Source: Raillietiella orientalis (Eukaryota). Taken from it: a DNA stretch of 64,000 nucleotides. Shown one piece after another: positions 1 through 12,899 of this stretch. A program made the translations under genes and the position numbers. How positions within the stretch are numbered: the stretch's first letter is position 1; every line of letters starts with the position of its first letter. A model generated the notes under the pieces. The model was not told the origin of the DNA, did no database searches, and was given only the letters and a program-made list of their open reading frames with translations. The DNA is taken from assembly GCA_036172245.1 (NCBI GenBank), contig JAYWIR010000028.1, positions 1,860,001 through 1,924,000 on the forward strand, given 5' to 3'.

Positions 1-274
1 GCAGCTTGCATGTGGGGCCGAAGCAATATCATTAATTGCATGAAAATCCTTCAGAACTTAACCCCGAGCTCTAATATGGTGAGACGCCTTAGAAATGCGT
101 GGATGTCAATACACAGACTCCCCTGTATTACTATTTTTTTTATAACTCATTGGAAAGCAAATTACGAGGTTTCCAAGAATTATTTTTGCATTCCACAATA
201 CCCGGGAAAATTACGTTTTCGAAGATTGCCTGCACAAGTCTGAAATAATCAAGATCTAATTTGTGTTTATAATT

Positions 275-2048
275 TCAATAGAATTGTGAATTGTCGGTAC
301 TTTTGGTACCCCTGATGAAAACTTTGCCGCCGTTGGTTTCAAGCCAGAAATGAGCTTGGAAATGGTGAGATTCAGCAAAGGTGGAATTTGTCGGAGTCAG
401 TCGCATAAAAGAGCTATTTGAAAATATTCTGCATTTTCTAAAAGGTGCCAAACCAAAAAAAAGAATCGCAAATTTGCAAACGCTCCTGAAGCGTACTTCT
501 GACAAACAGGAGAGCACTTGGAATTTCATTGCAATCACAGAACCACGCGTATCGTGCCTGCAACGTTGCCCACGGAATAGCATCTGGTACTCGACTGGAA
601 ACTGCAAACCCGGAAGTGGTGATAGTAGTCAGGCTGCAGGCCCTCCCAATACGGATGTTGTTTTTGTTTATGAAAGAGTCGTGTTTTGCGAATCACGAAA
701 TGGAACAAATTCGCACGGACATACTTTGGGTAGCAGACTGTGCCCGGTGCTTTGATTCGAGAAATGAGGCTAAAATGTGGTCCAGGGAAAAATCAATCAT
801 AATGCCTCCGTGGTAAAACAGGAGGAGATTGTGCCGAGTGTCTGGTGGCACGTCGCTCTCAAAGACTGTAGTTCCAATCGCCTGCAGGTTCACAGTCCGT
901 GCCCCGTGGCGATTGGCAGCCATGGCGCGGACGTCTTTTTCCTGATGATGTTGCTTCATTGCGTCGCGGATGTTGGCGATGACAGCACCTAAGGACAGGC
1001 TGCCTGGCGTGAAGAAGAGGCGCATCAAGTCTCTTGCGGTGTCCCCCTGGTGCAGGAGAGCCGAGGCCAGCCTCCGCCGCAGTCCTTGGAGGACACCGCA
1101 GTCCAGGAGCAGGTGAGGGAGCGTTTCCACTTCCCCGCACCGCTTACAGTTCGAGGAGGCAACTCCCCCGAAAACACGGTTCGTCCGCTGGTTGGAGTGG
1201 AAACCCCAATGCACCAGCATGATGACGTCCTGTTTCCAGCTCAAAGGAAGCACGGAAGTGTTCAAGCAGGAAGGAGGGACCACAAGTTCTTCGGGGGTGA
1301 CCACACTCAAGTGTTCACTCCACCGAAGGAGTACCTTCGAGATGTGGCGAGGCGTGGCGGCGTCTGCCAGCTCGCAAGTCCTCCAGCCGCCCATGGTTCG
1401 GGTTGCTCCTGAGATGGTGCAGGCGACCTCCCATCTCGCCGGTTCGCAGCTGTCATCTCTTGCCCTGAGGGCTGACAGCGCGTCGGCGAGGGGCGTGACG
1501 GCCAGGCGAGTCCACTTCTCCTGGCTGTTCCAGACCTCATCCACCGTGCAGTACGGGGAGAGGTGAGCGCAACGGAGATCCAGAAGCGAAACATCCTGTT
1601 GCTTTGCCCAGGCATGCAACGGTTCCTGCCGCCAGGCGTCAAAGTTCGTTGGGCGGCAGGAGATCCATGCGTGGGCTGCCAGGAGCCGGTAGAGCGGTTT
1701 CAGCGGGAAACCGAAGCTTCTCGTGGCGCGCTCGGTATGCGGCTGGAGCGACAGAAGTCCATTGCTACCGGTGCAGCGCCTCAGGAGCAGGCGCGCGGGA
1801 GCACACCACGGATTGGACCAAAGGTTGGCGCACGGGGCCAGCATTCGAAGCTGCACCTGCAGCTCGATTCTCTCCAGCGTCAGGATGCCCAAGCCGGCAT
1901 CCCGACGCGGAGCTCCCAAGTCTTTGAGGCGGATCCTGGACCTCGCAGGTCCCCACAGAGCGTTCAACAGGCTTTGCGCCTGGAGCTTGGCCGAGTAGGG
2001 GGGCGGACACACAAAAAGCAGGGGGCGCAAGAGGGGGCTATGCCGTAG
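275..2048 (-). mobile_element. 5'-truncated L1/Tx1-like non-LTR retrotransposon, ORF2 3' part (post-RT region plus zf-RVT-like knuckle)
   Basis: The 445-aa ORF 693..2030 contains 'LWGPARSRI...LGAPRRDAGLG' (LP..GGLG-type motif) and 'CKRCGEVETLPHLLLDC' (CxxC..ET..H...C). Homologous peptides recur at 8.8, 15.4 and 15.8 kb. Confidence 0.8.
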
Positions 2049-2978
2049 CCACGAAGCATTTCCTCTTATATTCGAGATGAGAAAACAAGATTAGACGGAA
2101 GTGTAGGAAAGGCAGCTGCAAAAGTGTTTCAGTTTCGGCCAGAGGAATATTTCAGCCAGAAGTGATTTCCCTTGTTTAGCACCAATTTCAACTCCTGAAC
2201 TTCATTTCCAGTGTGCACCACTAAGCGAATTCTAAACATCCTTGAAAGGACATCTTGAATGAATAGCACAAGGGAGATTTTTTTTTTTAATTGTCGTAAA
2301 AAAAAAAAAAAAAATGATGAACACCACGACTGCAGTCCGTGCATTGAATCGAATCCAATCACGACTGGCATCATAGGGTGTTGCCAGGTTATCGCATGAA
2401 CCTGCCTGCAGGCATATTTATGCGATCCCTGAGGCCACACCACTTCCGGCATTAAGGGAATTCGTAACATCCGATGTACAATTCGTTCCGTTTTCTTTTC
2501 CCTTCCTGGAAAAGGGGAAATGAAGGAGCGCGTCCACTGCTCACCTGCTCCGAGCGAAATAGGTAATCGGTTAAAACGAGTAGGGTGGCACAGGGGAAAG
2601 AGAGCGTTCCCATTCCTGGCATCGTTGGCACTTGCGTGTGCCTCCCCAGAAACCGGGCACACTCGTGCACATCCTTCCCCACGGGGAGGGCGGGAATCGT
2701 AGGAGGCCTGTCGCGTCGAAAGTCCCGAATGCTCGCCGATTCGGCAGGGGTGCTCCAAGGCACAAAGCAGAGTGCCCTTGTGCACCAGTCCTTGTGGCAC
2801 CTTTTGCAGTTGGGCTGCAGACTGCCGGTTTACGTAATCGGTGAATCAAAAAGGCCCAGAAGCGTGGCACTTTCCATCTTCCACCCCCCGCTGACTTCGG
2901 TCGCAGGCTGTTTATCGATTCTTTTGTCGGCGGCCACCCACGCGTCCGCACGAATTTCCTTGCAGGCCATTCGTCGGC

Positions 2979-3331
2979 ATGAAAATTTTTGGCATCGGCG
3001 TAGGTCTCTGCCTGCTGTTCATACTATGGACGGGCGTCCTAATCGTGATTTTTTTTATGCGCAACTACAAAAGAAGTATTATTCATACGGTAGTTTTGGT
3101 AGCGTTGCTTATAAGCATTTGCATGATTTTTGTACCGAAATCAAGCTTACAAGCAAGTGAAGAAATCATTCAGGTAACACTGAGATCGCCATTGGTCTTA
3201 CTTATAGTTTTCAGGTAACCGACACAATGTTTGTGTTTAGAATTCTCCTGGTAACTATTTCCATAGTAACGTTTTTGGCTGGTGCTCTCTCGGTGTTCTA
3301 CTATCACGTGTTGAGGAAGAATCATATATAA
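2979..3331 (+). CDS. TMEM218: Transmembrane protein 218-like (ciliary transition zone), 2 exons, 103 aa
   Basis: Exons 2979-3173 and 3215-3331 joined by a 41-nt GT-AG intron. Protein MKIFGIGVGLCLLFILW...FVPK...|VTDTMFVFRILL...YHVL matches the TMEM218 pattern (VLGVGAGVFILALLW...IVDDFFIGRYVLL...HYVL) with three hydrophobic segments. AATAAA at ~3347. Confidence 0.8.
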
Positions 3332-3399
3332 ACCAGATAAACATCAAATAAAAGCCACATTTGACACTCGGTTTCCCGTGAAATTTCTCGAAGATTTAT

Positions 3400-6300
3400 T
3401 CATAAATTTCGTGCTGCAAAATATTCTTCTGTCATCGCAATCAGGTTTGTTCTAGTTTGTTTGTTCAGATTGGGGCAGCAATTCAGCAGGCCAACCAAAT
3501 GGGACTTCTCATACACCTGAAGAAGGGGGAATACATTCAGAGGTTACATTACAAATACCTTCAGTGAACAGCTGATCCATTCTTTTAATTCAGCTTCTGT
3601 TTTGTAATAGGCCTTTATATACTCCTCCACATAGTTTGCATCGGCAAGATCAGATCTCTCAAACAGAATGTGAAGTTTTTTCATGAGATGCACAAAATCT
3701 AACAACATCCAAGATCTTCCCTCTACTGTTATTTTTGGGATGTTGCAATAACCATCCAATAGCACATGGAAAACATGCATCCAGCAATGACGATAAAAAA
3801 GCTTCTTTGTGGCTGTAGGAATTGGTATATCAATGGATATATTTTCCAACTGCTGTACGAATCGATCCACTTCGCATAAGATAAGATCAATATAAGGATT
3901 GGGTTGAGTAGCTACACAATCCTTGATATCCCAGTTCACCTGTGCAATGGCTTGCAGTATCTGGGCATCAGGAAATGCGTAGGCAACAATGCTTTTGCAG
4001 ATAATATTCTCAAAGCCTTCTGCCAAAGCACCTATTTTTCGTTGGAATATTTCTAGAAAATGCAGCTTTTCTTCCCCGAGTACATCTTTTATGCATGAAT
4101 ATAAAAGTGCCAATTGTCCTGTCACAAATTTCAAGGACTCCACGGCCAACACGCGATACACCAGACCACACAAACTGTGATTCCTGCTTTGGAGCACAAT
4201 AGGAGAAACAGCGGGAAGAAATAAGTGCTCTCTTTGCAGACCACCACATGCTGGGGACAAGTCACTTACTTTACTTGATATTTCAGTTAGAATTTCCTGA
4301 AGAGCCACATCAAGACTCTCTGTAGAGACCTGAAGAAGATGATGTTCCAAGTCATGTTTTTCTACTGACCAAGTCATTTACAAACAACAAATACACAGAA
4401 TAAAAGTAATATTCAACTGCATTGGCCACGCATGATAATGCTTCATTTGCAATCGATGGCAACAGGAACAGAATATTACTATAACGGCAACATTGCCTCA
4501 AAACAGCCATGGTGGTATTAGCTAATAGGGGACAGGCTGGCACAACATCCAGTATCTTTCTGGAAATTGCATCATGTATGAGGGGATGCAAAAGATAAAA
4601 TACAAATTTCAAATATTTATATGAGCATCCATGCTTCATCTTGTTACTGTTATTACACACCTAACCTTTCCTTGGGTGCTGCTTGACAACTCACATTCCC
4701 CTGCTTCAAGACAAGGATGAGTTATGACGACATCGATCTAAATGAAAGACATGCAGCTGAAGAGTTCCTGTGGACTACTTACTCCATTGCCTACAGTCTT
4801 TTCTGAGGACCACTCCTCATCAAAAAAAATGCCTTCTTTCCCATAGTAGTTAAACAAAGATTCCAAGGATTCCTGTGATTCTAATGTAAATTCTTTTCTT
4901 AGAAGCTGCAGGATATTGAAATCCGGACCAACAGGAAATGGCTCCCATCCTTCATTTTCCAAATATACTCTAAGTTCTTCCATGCTGGCTGAGTGATGAT
5001 GAAGCAAACTACATACAGCTTGCTGTTGAGTGTTCTCCAACAGTTTAGCACATGGACTATTGGCAAACAAGTTTCCAACACGAATCAGTCTGGATTGCAC
5101 TTCTGAAAAAAAAAGAAGGCAAAAAACAACAGCTAAGCTTACCTTTGGACGATAGCCAATGTCTGTTGGAGAATATCAAAAGAGAGGGATACAAAATCAG
5201 CAGCATTCACGTATTGTGTGATTTTCCCTTGAATATCCTGCCATAGATGTTGCTGAACATGTTCTAATTTTTGTTGTACCAATGATGATGTTTCAGTCAG
5301 TTGTGTAGTTGATACTAATAGAAAGAAATACTCTATTGGAAAACAAACAAAATAATACTTTGATGTCGATGCCATTGTGCCATCTGATGAAAATTATACA
5401 TGATACCCCAAAACACTTGGCACAAATCTCTTAGACACACTGCAAAACATTCAGAGGCTATTCGCTACAGATCAATTGCATCAGGTGAAATACGCACATC
5501 AGCACAAATACTTACTTGACAAAGATCTGGGAAAAGAAGTCTACCCACATCAGATGCATGTGGATCATACAAGCGTACATAGCCCAAAACGATCTGGAAT
5601 GCCTTTTCAAAAACTGTTGTTGTAAGCTGTGCTTGTAATGTATCCATTGCAACTTGTGTCTGGCCCAATAGGTTATAAGCTAATTGTAGCTTAGCATACC
5701 CAGGTTCATGAAAGTATTCACACATCTTAAAACAGCATTCTCATTACTACAAACAGCATTCTCATTACTCAGATGCACTTACTTTGCTTAAAACATTATC
5801 TAGTTTTTCTTTGGTAAGAACTAGCATGTCAGACAATTTATTATGTAACTGTGCCATGCACTGGTAGTGGGACATGCTAGCACTAACTGCCAGGCAATCT
5901 TGCAACAATCCAATGGCTCTTGGATAATCACCACTATCTAGCAGGTGATGCAATTGTTCACTGCTACATTGCTAGAATTCTTTGATAATGCACAAATACT
6001 AACACTGTGCTTACCAATGTGCGTACTTCATGCAAAGCATTCAACAGCCGTTTCAGTACTTGCCGTTGTCTGTAGTTTGCCAAAATTTGAAAGCAGGAGA
6101 TTGTAGTATGCTGGTGGGATCGCAAAAGCGATGAACGAGCACAACTACAGCAATTAATACATTTTTGCAGTTGATCCTAAAGAAAAATCATTACTCATGC
6201 AAAGAATTGATATATCATGTATTACACATCATGTACATTTTACGAAATTCATGCTTACTGAAAAAAGATTTACACATTCAAAAACAACATTCTGGTACAG

Positions 6301-7222
6301 CAGTTAATAATCATGAAATTTGAACATTTATATAGCCAAAAGCATAAGAAAAATCTGAAAATTACTGAGAGATACAAGATGTACAGTCCTCGTTTTTTTT
6401 GACAAAAATACTCGTATAAACATAAAATCAAAATTTCAGAATTAGATAAAACTGAACACTAATGTAAATATTATGTCAAGGTAAAATTAAGGTTTATAAA
6501 AATCAGCAAGCCACAAGATCCTTCATTCAAGATTCATAATACACCCTTTGCCCAAAATGAAACACAAATTAGTGTTAAGCATGACTAAAAAGATGAAAGC
6601 AATACAAGAGAGGTTATCTTTTCCCAGGCAGTTTTATAAACTTCTCGTTAAACAACATTAAAATACAAAATTCTAAACCACATCATAATTAAATGGGCAC
6701 TCATTGCAATTTGTCTGAAATCTAGAAACTAGTGTTTAATTTGTTTCTACATTTTATAATTCTCATGCTGCTTACTTGTAGTTGGACAATTTTCACCAAT
6801 TCATCATTGCAAATGGATTGTTTCATTTGAATCAATTCAAATATTTTTCGGGAAACTGACTGCTCTTGTTGTTTCAACTCAACTATTCGATTTGAAAGTT
6901 TATTTTCTGAAAGGTTTTGACATGCTACCTGAAATTTTGTGACTGCATGAAACTTTCGTAACAAGTGGCATATAATTAATATAATGTCTGATTTTACAAA
7001 ATCTGGCTCAGATATATACATATAGGCTCAGATACCATTTATATACATGGCAACATATCATATGGGCACATTCTAAGTATTCCTTGGCTTTCTCCTATTG
7101 AAACTTACAAGAATTTGAGAAAATGCAATTTCATCATCACTTTGATGAGCAGTTGGAAAAATATCAGATTCTTGAGTGTTCTGCAAATCATCAGTTTCTT
7201 CATATGTATCAGTATGGTTCAT
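3400..7222 (-). CDS. VPS50: Syndetin / VPS50 (CCDC132), EARP complex subunit, multi-exon
   Basis: Spliced exons give LKQQEQSVSRKI, DYPRAIGLL, LWQDIQGKI, ELRVYLENEGWEPFPV, PLLANTT, EGRSWMLLDF and YVEEYIKAYY, all collinear with VPS50. Stop TGA at 3400-3402. The first in-frame ATG is at 7222; an upstream in-frame exon (~7500-7594) may extend it. A few internal junctions (4.2-4.7 kb) are uncertain. Confidence 0.9.
5730..5769. repeat. 19-bp direct repeat (period 21) inside a VPS50 intron
   Basis: AAACAGCATTCTCATTACT at 5730-5748 and 5751-5769. Confidence 0.95.
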
Positions 7223-7658
7223 TCGTTGGCATGAGCTACCTGTAAAACCAAGTAAATAGGAAATTTCAAGTGTATTTTTGCATTTGTAACTACGTCATAA
7301 AAACAATACATAAAAAGCATCTTTGAACTCCTTACACGCTTTAAGGATGAATGCTTCTTTTTATTTTCTCTCACAAATCTGCATCACATTTGTATACCAC
7401 CACACGACAGATGCTGCACTTTAAAAACATTCCGTACCTAAGACGAGCACTACGTTAACTCCACAACACCGGGGAAAACAATTTTTTTTTGAAACTTACG
7501 AGCAGTTAGTTCATGATTTCTCAAGTGGCTTAAGGTTTCACTCACGTTGAACTTCAGTTTTTCAAACACGTCGATGTGCACAGAGATCACCACCTACATT
7601 CACACGGTACAAAAAATAGAATACTCGCAGTTTTAGCGATTACAAAGGCATTTCTTAG

Positions 7659-7690
<32 letters not shown>
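7659..7690. repeat. (CA)n(TA)n microsatellite
   Basis: Seen directly. Confidence 0.95.
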
Positions 7691-8599
7691 TTTAAAATAG
7701 ACACTGCATATTAGTGCACGTTCCCTTAGGAGGCAGGCAATGTCCAGGACACGATGCTCGTCTGCAACCTCGAATTATCTTGCGCTTGTTTGGAAACCTT
7801 CGCCTCTTATCTGAAGATATGACCCTTCCCAATGAGCTCGGATGGACAGGTGAGTCCTTCTGCTGTAAGTTCCCCTTTGAGGACTTGCTCCTACACTTAC
7901 ATTCACCGGTATTAACATTTCTGGCTAAATCTTCGAGAGGATTCATGATTTTTTTTCCAGCAAACCATTATCTCCGTGCACGCGCTTCCCGAGGACTTCG
8001 CACGGTTCCCGATCAGACAAGCTCGTAGGCCCAAAGCTACTTCCAGTTGCCAGAGGTAATTAAAAACGAAGCTTTTTTCTTTTTCCTTTCTTCTCTTGCA
8101 CTGTTTGAGAATGGATCTTTTTAGACTTCCAGCACGACAGTTGTAAATAAAACTGGAAAACACTTCCAGGAATCATCTGCTTAAATAAACATCAGGACCA
8201 GAATGCACGTGGTGGAACCGTTCCGCCCACAAGTAAAAAGTCCAGATCTGGCATCCTAATTAAGCCGTTGAAATTATGAACCTTCCCATGAAGTTTCCTA
8301 AAGCCTTGCACCACGCTATTCACCTACATTTGTTTGCTTAGGATTTCTGTTCTTTCGAGGCTTTACACGAAGGCTGGATAATTCTCGAACCGTTTTTCAT
8401 TACTCAGCTTTTGACGGGTTTCCCACTGAGAATACTACTATTGGCAACTTGTGCAATAGTGCTTCAGTAAAGTAATTAGTGTTGGAATCAAGCGTCATGG
8501 AGGCATCACGCAAGAATTGTTTAGCACACTGCAAAATGTTTCCTGGGATGGACTCCCCATTTATCATGCAGTCCACGAGTCCTAACGAACATGAGCTCG

Positions 8600-9470
8600 C
8601 CCTGGTGATACCCTATTTTGTCCCCGTTCCCAGGGAGACTTCCACCTGGGTACACTGGAGGGCAAGATTGAGAATGGGGCACTGCGAACAGTTTGCCACC
8701 AGTGGGAGCCGCCACCAAGCGCGAGGGCTTCGCTTCAGCATGCAGATGAAAGGGAGTTTCAGCTGCAGAACACGGGAGCTTCGGAAGCAGCTGCCGCATC
8801 AGGCGTGGCTGCTGATGACCTAAGCCAGCATCAAGGAAGAAACCATGAAGAAACACCAAGACGACGATGCCCTCGATGCAGCCTCGAGCCGCTACGGACT
8901 TGCGCACCCAAAAGTGCAAGCGGCAGGGGATGAACTCTGGAGGAGTGACCTCTCCCCGGACACCTAGGACGATCTCCTGTTGTTCTTTCACGGAGGGATC
9001 CTGAGTGATTCCAGACTGCAGCACTGGACCGGGAATATCCAGGATGGACTCTGCAAGGCGTGTGGAGTGAAACAAAAGCAGCTCCACGTATTCATCTGCC
9101 GCCCTACGCTGCGACCGGATTGGAGGGCAGTGAAGACGTTGCCGGCCTACAGAGAAGAAAGAAAATGGAAATTTCATCGGGTCTGTTCCAGAGGAATGGA
9201 AATGTTTCCCTGTACAACTCGATAGTGCGAACGACGCTTGCCCTGTTCATCACAGCAGCAGTGATAAGAAGGGCAAAGATGCAAAACACCGAGCTAGGAA
9301 CACCAGTAATAGAAATCCTTAGAGGATTACTACAAAAAAAAATTGGAATCAGGAGCTGTGGCAATATCCCGGCATGGACTTACCGATGCATTTTAAACAA
9401 AATTGATGAATACGTTCAAGCAGATGAAAGTATCTCTGGCCCACCGGTAAAGAGGATGCGAATGATATAA
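8600..9470 (+). mobile_element. Decayed 3' end of an L1/Tx1-like element related to the 0.3-2 kb copy
   Basis: ASIKEETMKKHQDDDALDAASSRYG...WRSDLSPDT*DDLLLFFHGGILSD aligns with ANIRDAMKQHHQEKDVRAMAANRHG...FESDVPPDTRHNLLLFYHGGIMID. It is followed by a CKACGVKQKQLHVFIC knuckle. It carries an in-frame stop and a frameshift. Confidence 0.75.
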
Positions 9471-9539
9471 TGTTCAGAATTGTAAAAGACTGATAACAAA
9501 TTAACCCCTCCCCTTGTGGAATCTGGGGACAACGAACAT

Positions 9540-10060
9540 GAGCTGAAGAAACTCTGCATCTTCCGCCATATCAGCTCACCTGATACATATTTTTAGTAAT
9601 TATGATTGGTGATAATCTTCTCTTCGTACTTACGGAAGTTTCATAATTTATATGGAATGTCGATGATGATTTTGTTGATGGAATACGAGGAACGTTTAAA
9701 GTATCTGACTCTCCAAGTCTGCTTTACTCCTTAAATTCTCCGTAGTTCCATACTTTATACGTGAGTAGAGGACGCCTTTCATTGGACACAGTTTGACCTC
9801 ACTTGGGCAACTTTGTGACTGAATGTTTCGATGGAAAAAGTGATATGTGAACATGCATTTTCAGCTGTGTGGAACCCCTTTTCCACGAAATCGTGTAAGC
9901 AAAAGAGACAACGATCACAGATGAACTTGCTTTTGAATGCGTTTTTCACTTTTTCTATGGCTGAAAAAATAATCACTTCAAGGGAAAACCTTATATTCTG
10001 TTTCCGTACATCAATTCGAATTATCTCTCAATCCAGCTATTCGAAAATGCCTTGCTCTCG
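9540..10060 (-). mobile_element. Heavily decayed Polinton/Maverick-like protein-primed DNA polymerase N-terminal fragment
   Basis: Ordered motifs across frameshifts: RIDV/YG..KVFP (INVYG..IYPL-like), KFICDRCLFC...H...C, KADLES (YADFES-like), H/DIP, and Y..EDAEFL (YRGEDA..F-like). Confidence 0.5.
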
Positions 10061-11568
10061 GAATTTTTTTGGCTTTTCTTTTTTCCCTTGTAATTTTCCC
10101 AATGAAATGCATCATCCGCAGCCTCTCACTTGTATTTCTAGAACTTCCCCGAGAATCACTGTAATAGCAGTAGCAAGGAATTAAGGGCTTTGCCAAAAGA
10201 GTACGTCAACTTCAATATTTTATTAAGAGATACAAAAGTAGAAAAATGAAAGGACAGGTAAATATTGGCGATTGTCGAATAACACGAATTTTTTGTTGTG
10301 CTATACATATAGGTGAATGATGCATGCCGCACATGGTGCACCTTGAAATAGAGGAATGCTACCTTAAATCCTGACGTACTGCCTGCTTTCGTGCAACTTA
10401 CAGTGCGTACGCCTTATCCAAAAGCTCATAAAAAGCCGGACACCAAAGTGGAAATCAAAGCGGTTCAAGATCTGGTGCGAAAACACCCTAAGGGATATGG
10501 AAGGTTTCCGGAATCTTTTATTCCGAGACTTCAAGCAGAACGTCCGGGTATCGGAAAACCCACAAAGTTCCCTAAAACGTTCGAACAGTCAACGGAAACT
10601 GAAAACATGGGGGATTAATAGGAAGCTTCCTGACGGCAGTGGAGGCAAACTGAGGTCAGGCTCGGTTACCAAAGGGGTAAAGAATCAGACGGCAAACTAT
10701 GCAAAGAAAAAAAAAAAAGTATCCATAGACTCGTTTTAAAATCAGAGCAAATAAATGCGGTGGATTAGTGTTTGCCTGAAATGCGAGCACTCTCCGAGTA
10801 CAGATGCACCTAATTTAATTCCCTTTCTCAACTGAATTTCCAGGGAGAATTTTGAAACGCATTCAACTATCAAGAGGGGATGTTTTCAAAATCGAACGTT
10901 TTAAACAAGGGCAACGAGTTAAGAGCGGCTTAATAAGTGTCAGCCAATGATAATTAACTAGAAAGGAATTTGGAATCAACTTTAGTGGATGAATCATGCA
11001 GTAAGTGTCTTCGCAAGATGCTTGAAGATAACTAACTCAGAATAATGAAAAGGCGCAAAAGTACAACCTATAAAGGATAGGCAGAGAGGAAAAGTTGGGT
11101 AACTTCCGGGAATCAGAATGATTAGTTCCATCTTCATAGAGATACAGGTGCTGATCCCTTTCAAGGAATCTGATCCTTCGGCAAAAGGATCTTCAAAAAA
11201 TGACTGTTTGCATTGAACAGAAAAGCCACACTGCCCTTTCTCTCAATCTAATTCTATCCATCCCTGGCAGTTTCCTAGTGAAGATTCTACTCGCTGGAAG
11301 TGGAAAGTGGAAGTGGTGAGAAATGTTCATATAGAAGGACCAAGGTGTACATATATTACACGTGTGTATAGGCGTATATAATTCATACTGTTTAATATTT
11401 GAATGTACCTATTCGCACAATCATACTCGTGTACAGACACGCATTTATACACGCTTCACACATATGATCAGTTACAGGGATAATCAGATAAAAACAATCA
11501 TCTTGTATTCCACTCCAAATTAAGGAGGAATAACCTTTCTTTTGCCTTATACCAAGCTGCATCAAACA

Positions 11569-11811
11569 GAACTGGGACGGGCTGAAGGGTAGGTGTTTTA
11601 GGGGGTTGCTCATGGGACTGCTGGGTAGGCCAGAGGAATCCCCCCGGCTCCCGGGAAGGAAAAGTTCGGAGAGCTCGTTCTGGTTGAAATCCATGAAATC
11701 CTACTGCCCGAGGAGCTGCGAGTGGTGGTGGCTGGACAACTGGGTCTTTCTCATCGTGGGATGGTTCTGGCAGTCAGACCGAGGGGTGTGGGGGGGTGAA
11801 GGTGATGTCAT
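11569..11811 (-). pseudogene. Fragment resembling the C-terminal regulatory region of animal Myb
   Basis: MTSPSPPHTPRS...LGQ*DFMDF...SSPMSNPLKHLPFSPSQF. 'P.K.LPFSPSQF' is the conserved c-/B-Myb motif. There is an in-frame TAG at 11701-11703 and no Myb DNA-binding repeats were found nearby. Confidence 0.5.
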
Positions 11812-12899
11812 GTTTTCGTTTCCAATTTTTCATGTGCTTAGCAATTTCGTTGGACTTGGCACATTTGAGGCATTTAATATATTGGCTGGCATAGTAAGCA
11901 GAAACAACTAAAGCAAATCCGAAGCTTCTTCTTGACACCCATGAAGTGTGTGTGGGAGTGTTTGCGCGCGTCAAGTTGTCAGAATCCTTTCCCTATCCTC
12001 TGCCTACCGTTCAAGAAAAGATGCATAAGCAGCTGGGTGCTGATGCATTTCAATTCAATAATTTTCAAACATCTTAACAGATTTCTGTATTTCGCTTCCC
12101 ATTTGCTTTCAGGAACCTCATAAACAAAAATTCCAGGTGACTAAGATGAATGGGTTGTTGCTTGGCACCGATTTCCGCTTTCTTTCCTGAGAAGCATCAG
12201 CCTCTCCCATTCTCGAGGTGGAAGCCTCAAGAATAGGCTATCATTCAAAAGATTGTCCTTCCTCCATTCACGGTTACGTGTCGTCTATTGGAAAGTAACT
12301 TCTGTCTATTCATCTGGAAGCGACAACCTACAAAGCTGTTGGGATGTCTGTGTGACCTGCAGAGTGGCTCCAGAGATTTTCTCCCCTTTCCTGGTTATGG
12401 TGCCGGAAAAATTTCCTCGGATTCCTTGGCAGGATGGAGCTGCTCATTGAATCCGGGAAAACAAAGAAGACCTAAATGACCTTCCGAAATCATTTCCGAA
12501 TGAATCTGAAGCTGCTTTGAGCAAACTATCATTCGTTGCAAGAAAAAGCGCGTGCTTTCCTGTGCAGCTGTCAGTTTATTACTTGGAAATGGAGGAAAGA
12601 ACGATTTCAAATCTGGCAACGAAGCTTTCAGAAGCTGTTTCTTCGGTAGACAGGAGGAAGATGAATCGAGATCCGTGAACGCTCCTTGGCGTATGAATCG
12701 CTAATGCCGAGACGAAGACATTCCGTAAGCGCACAGATGTGTTCCCTTTGAGGATCGTCGCCAGGGTTTTTTGCGTGAGCGGGAATTCGTGTTTGTCCTC
12801 CTCATGGAAAGAGCTTCAGTCGAAGAACTGACTGGAATGATGAAATGGTACACATCCCATGAAAAACAGCAACAGAGACCACCTCTTTCTCAGGACTTG

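Noticed and set aside
9780..9960. Nucleoside/thymidylate kinase (ICDR motif)
   Set aside because: No P-loop upstream. Neighbouring motifs fit pPolB better.
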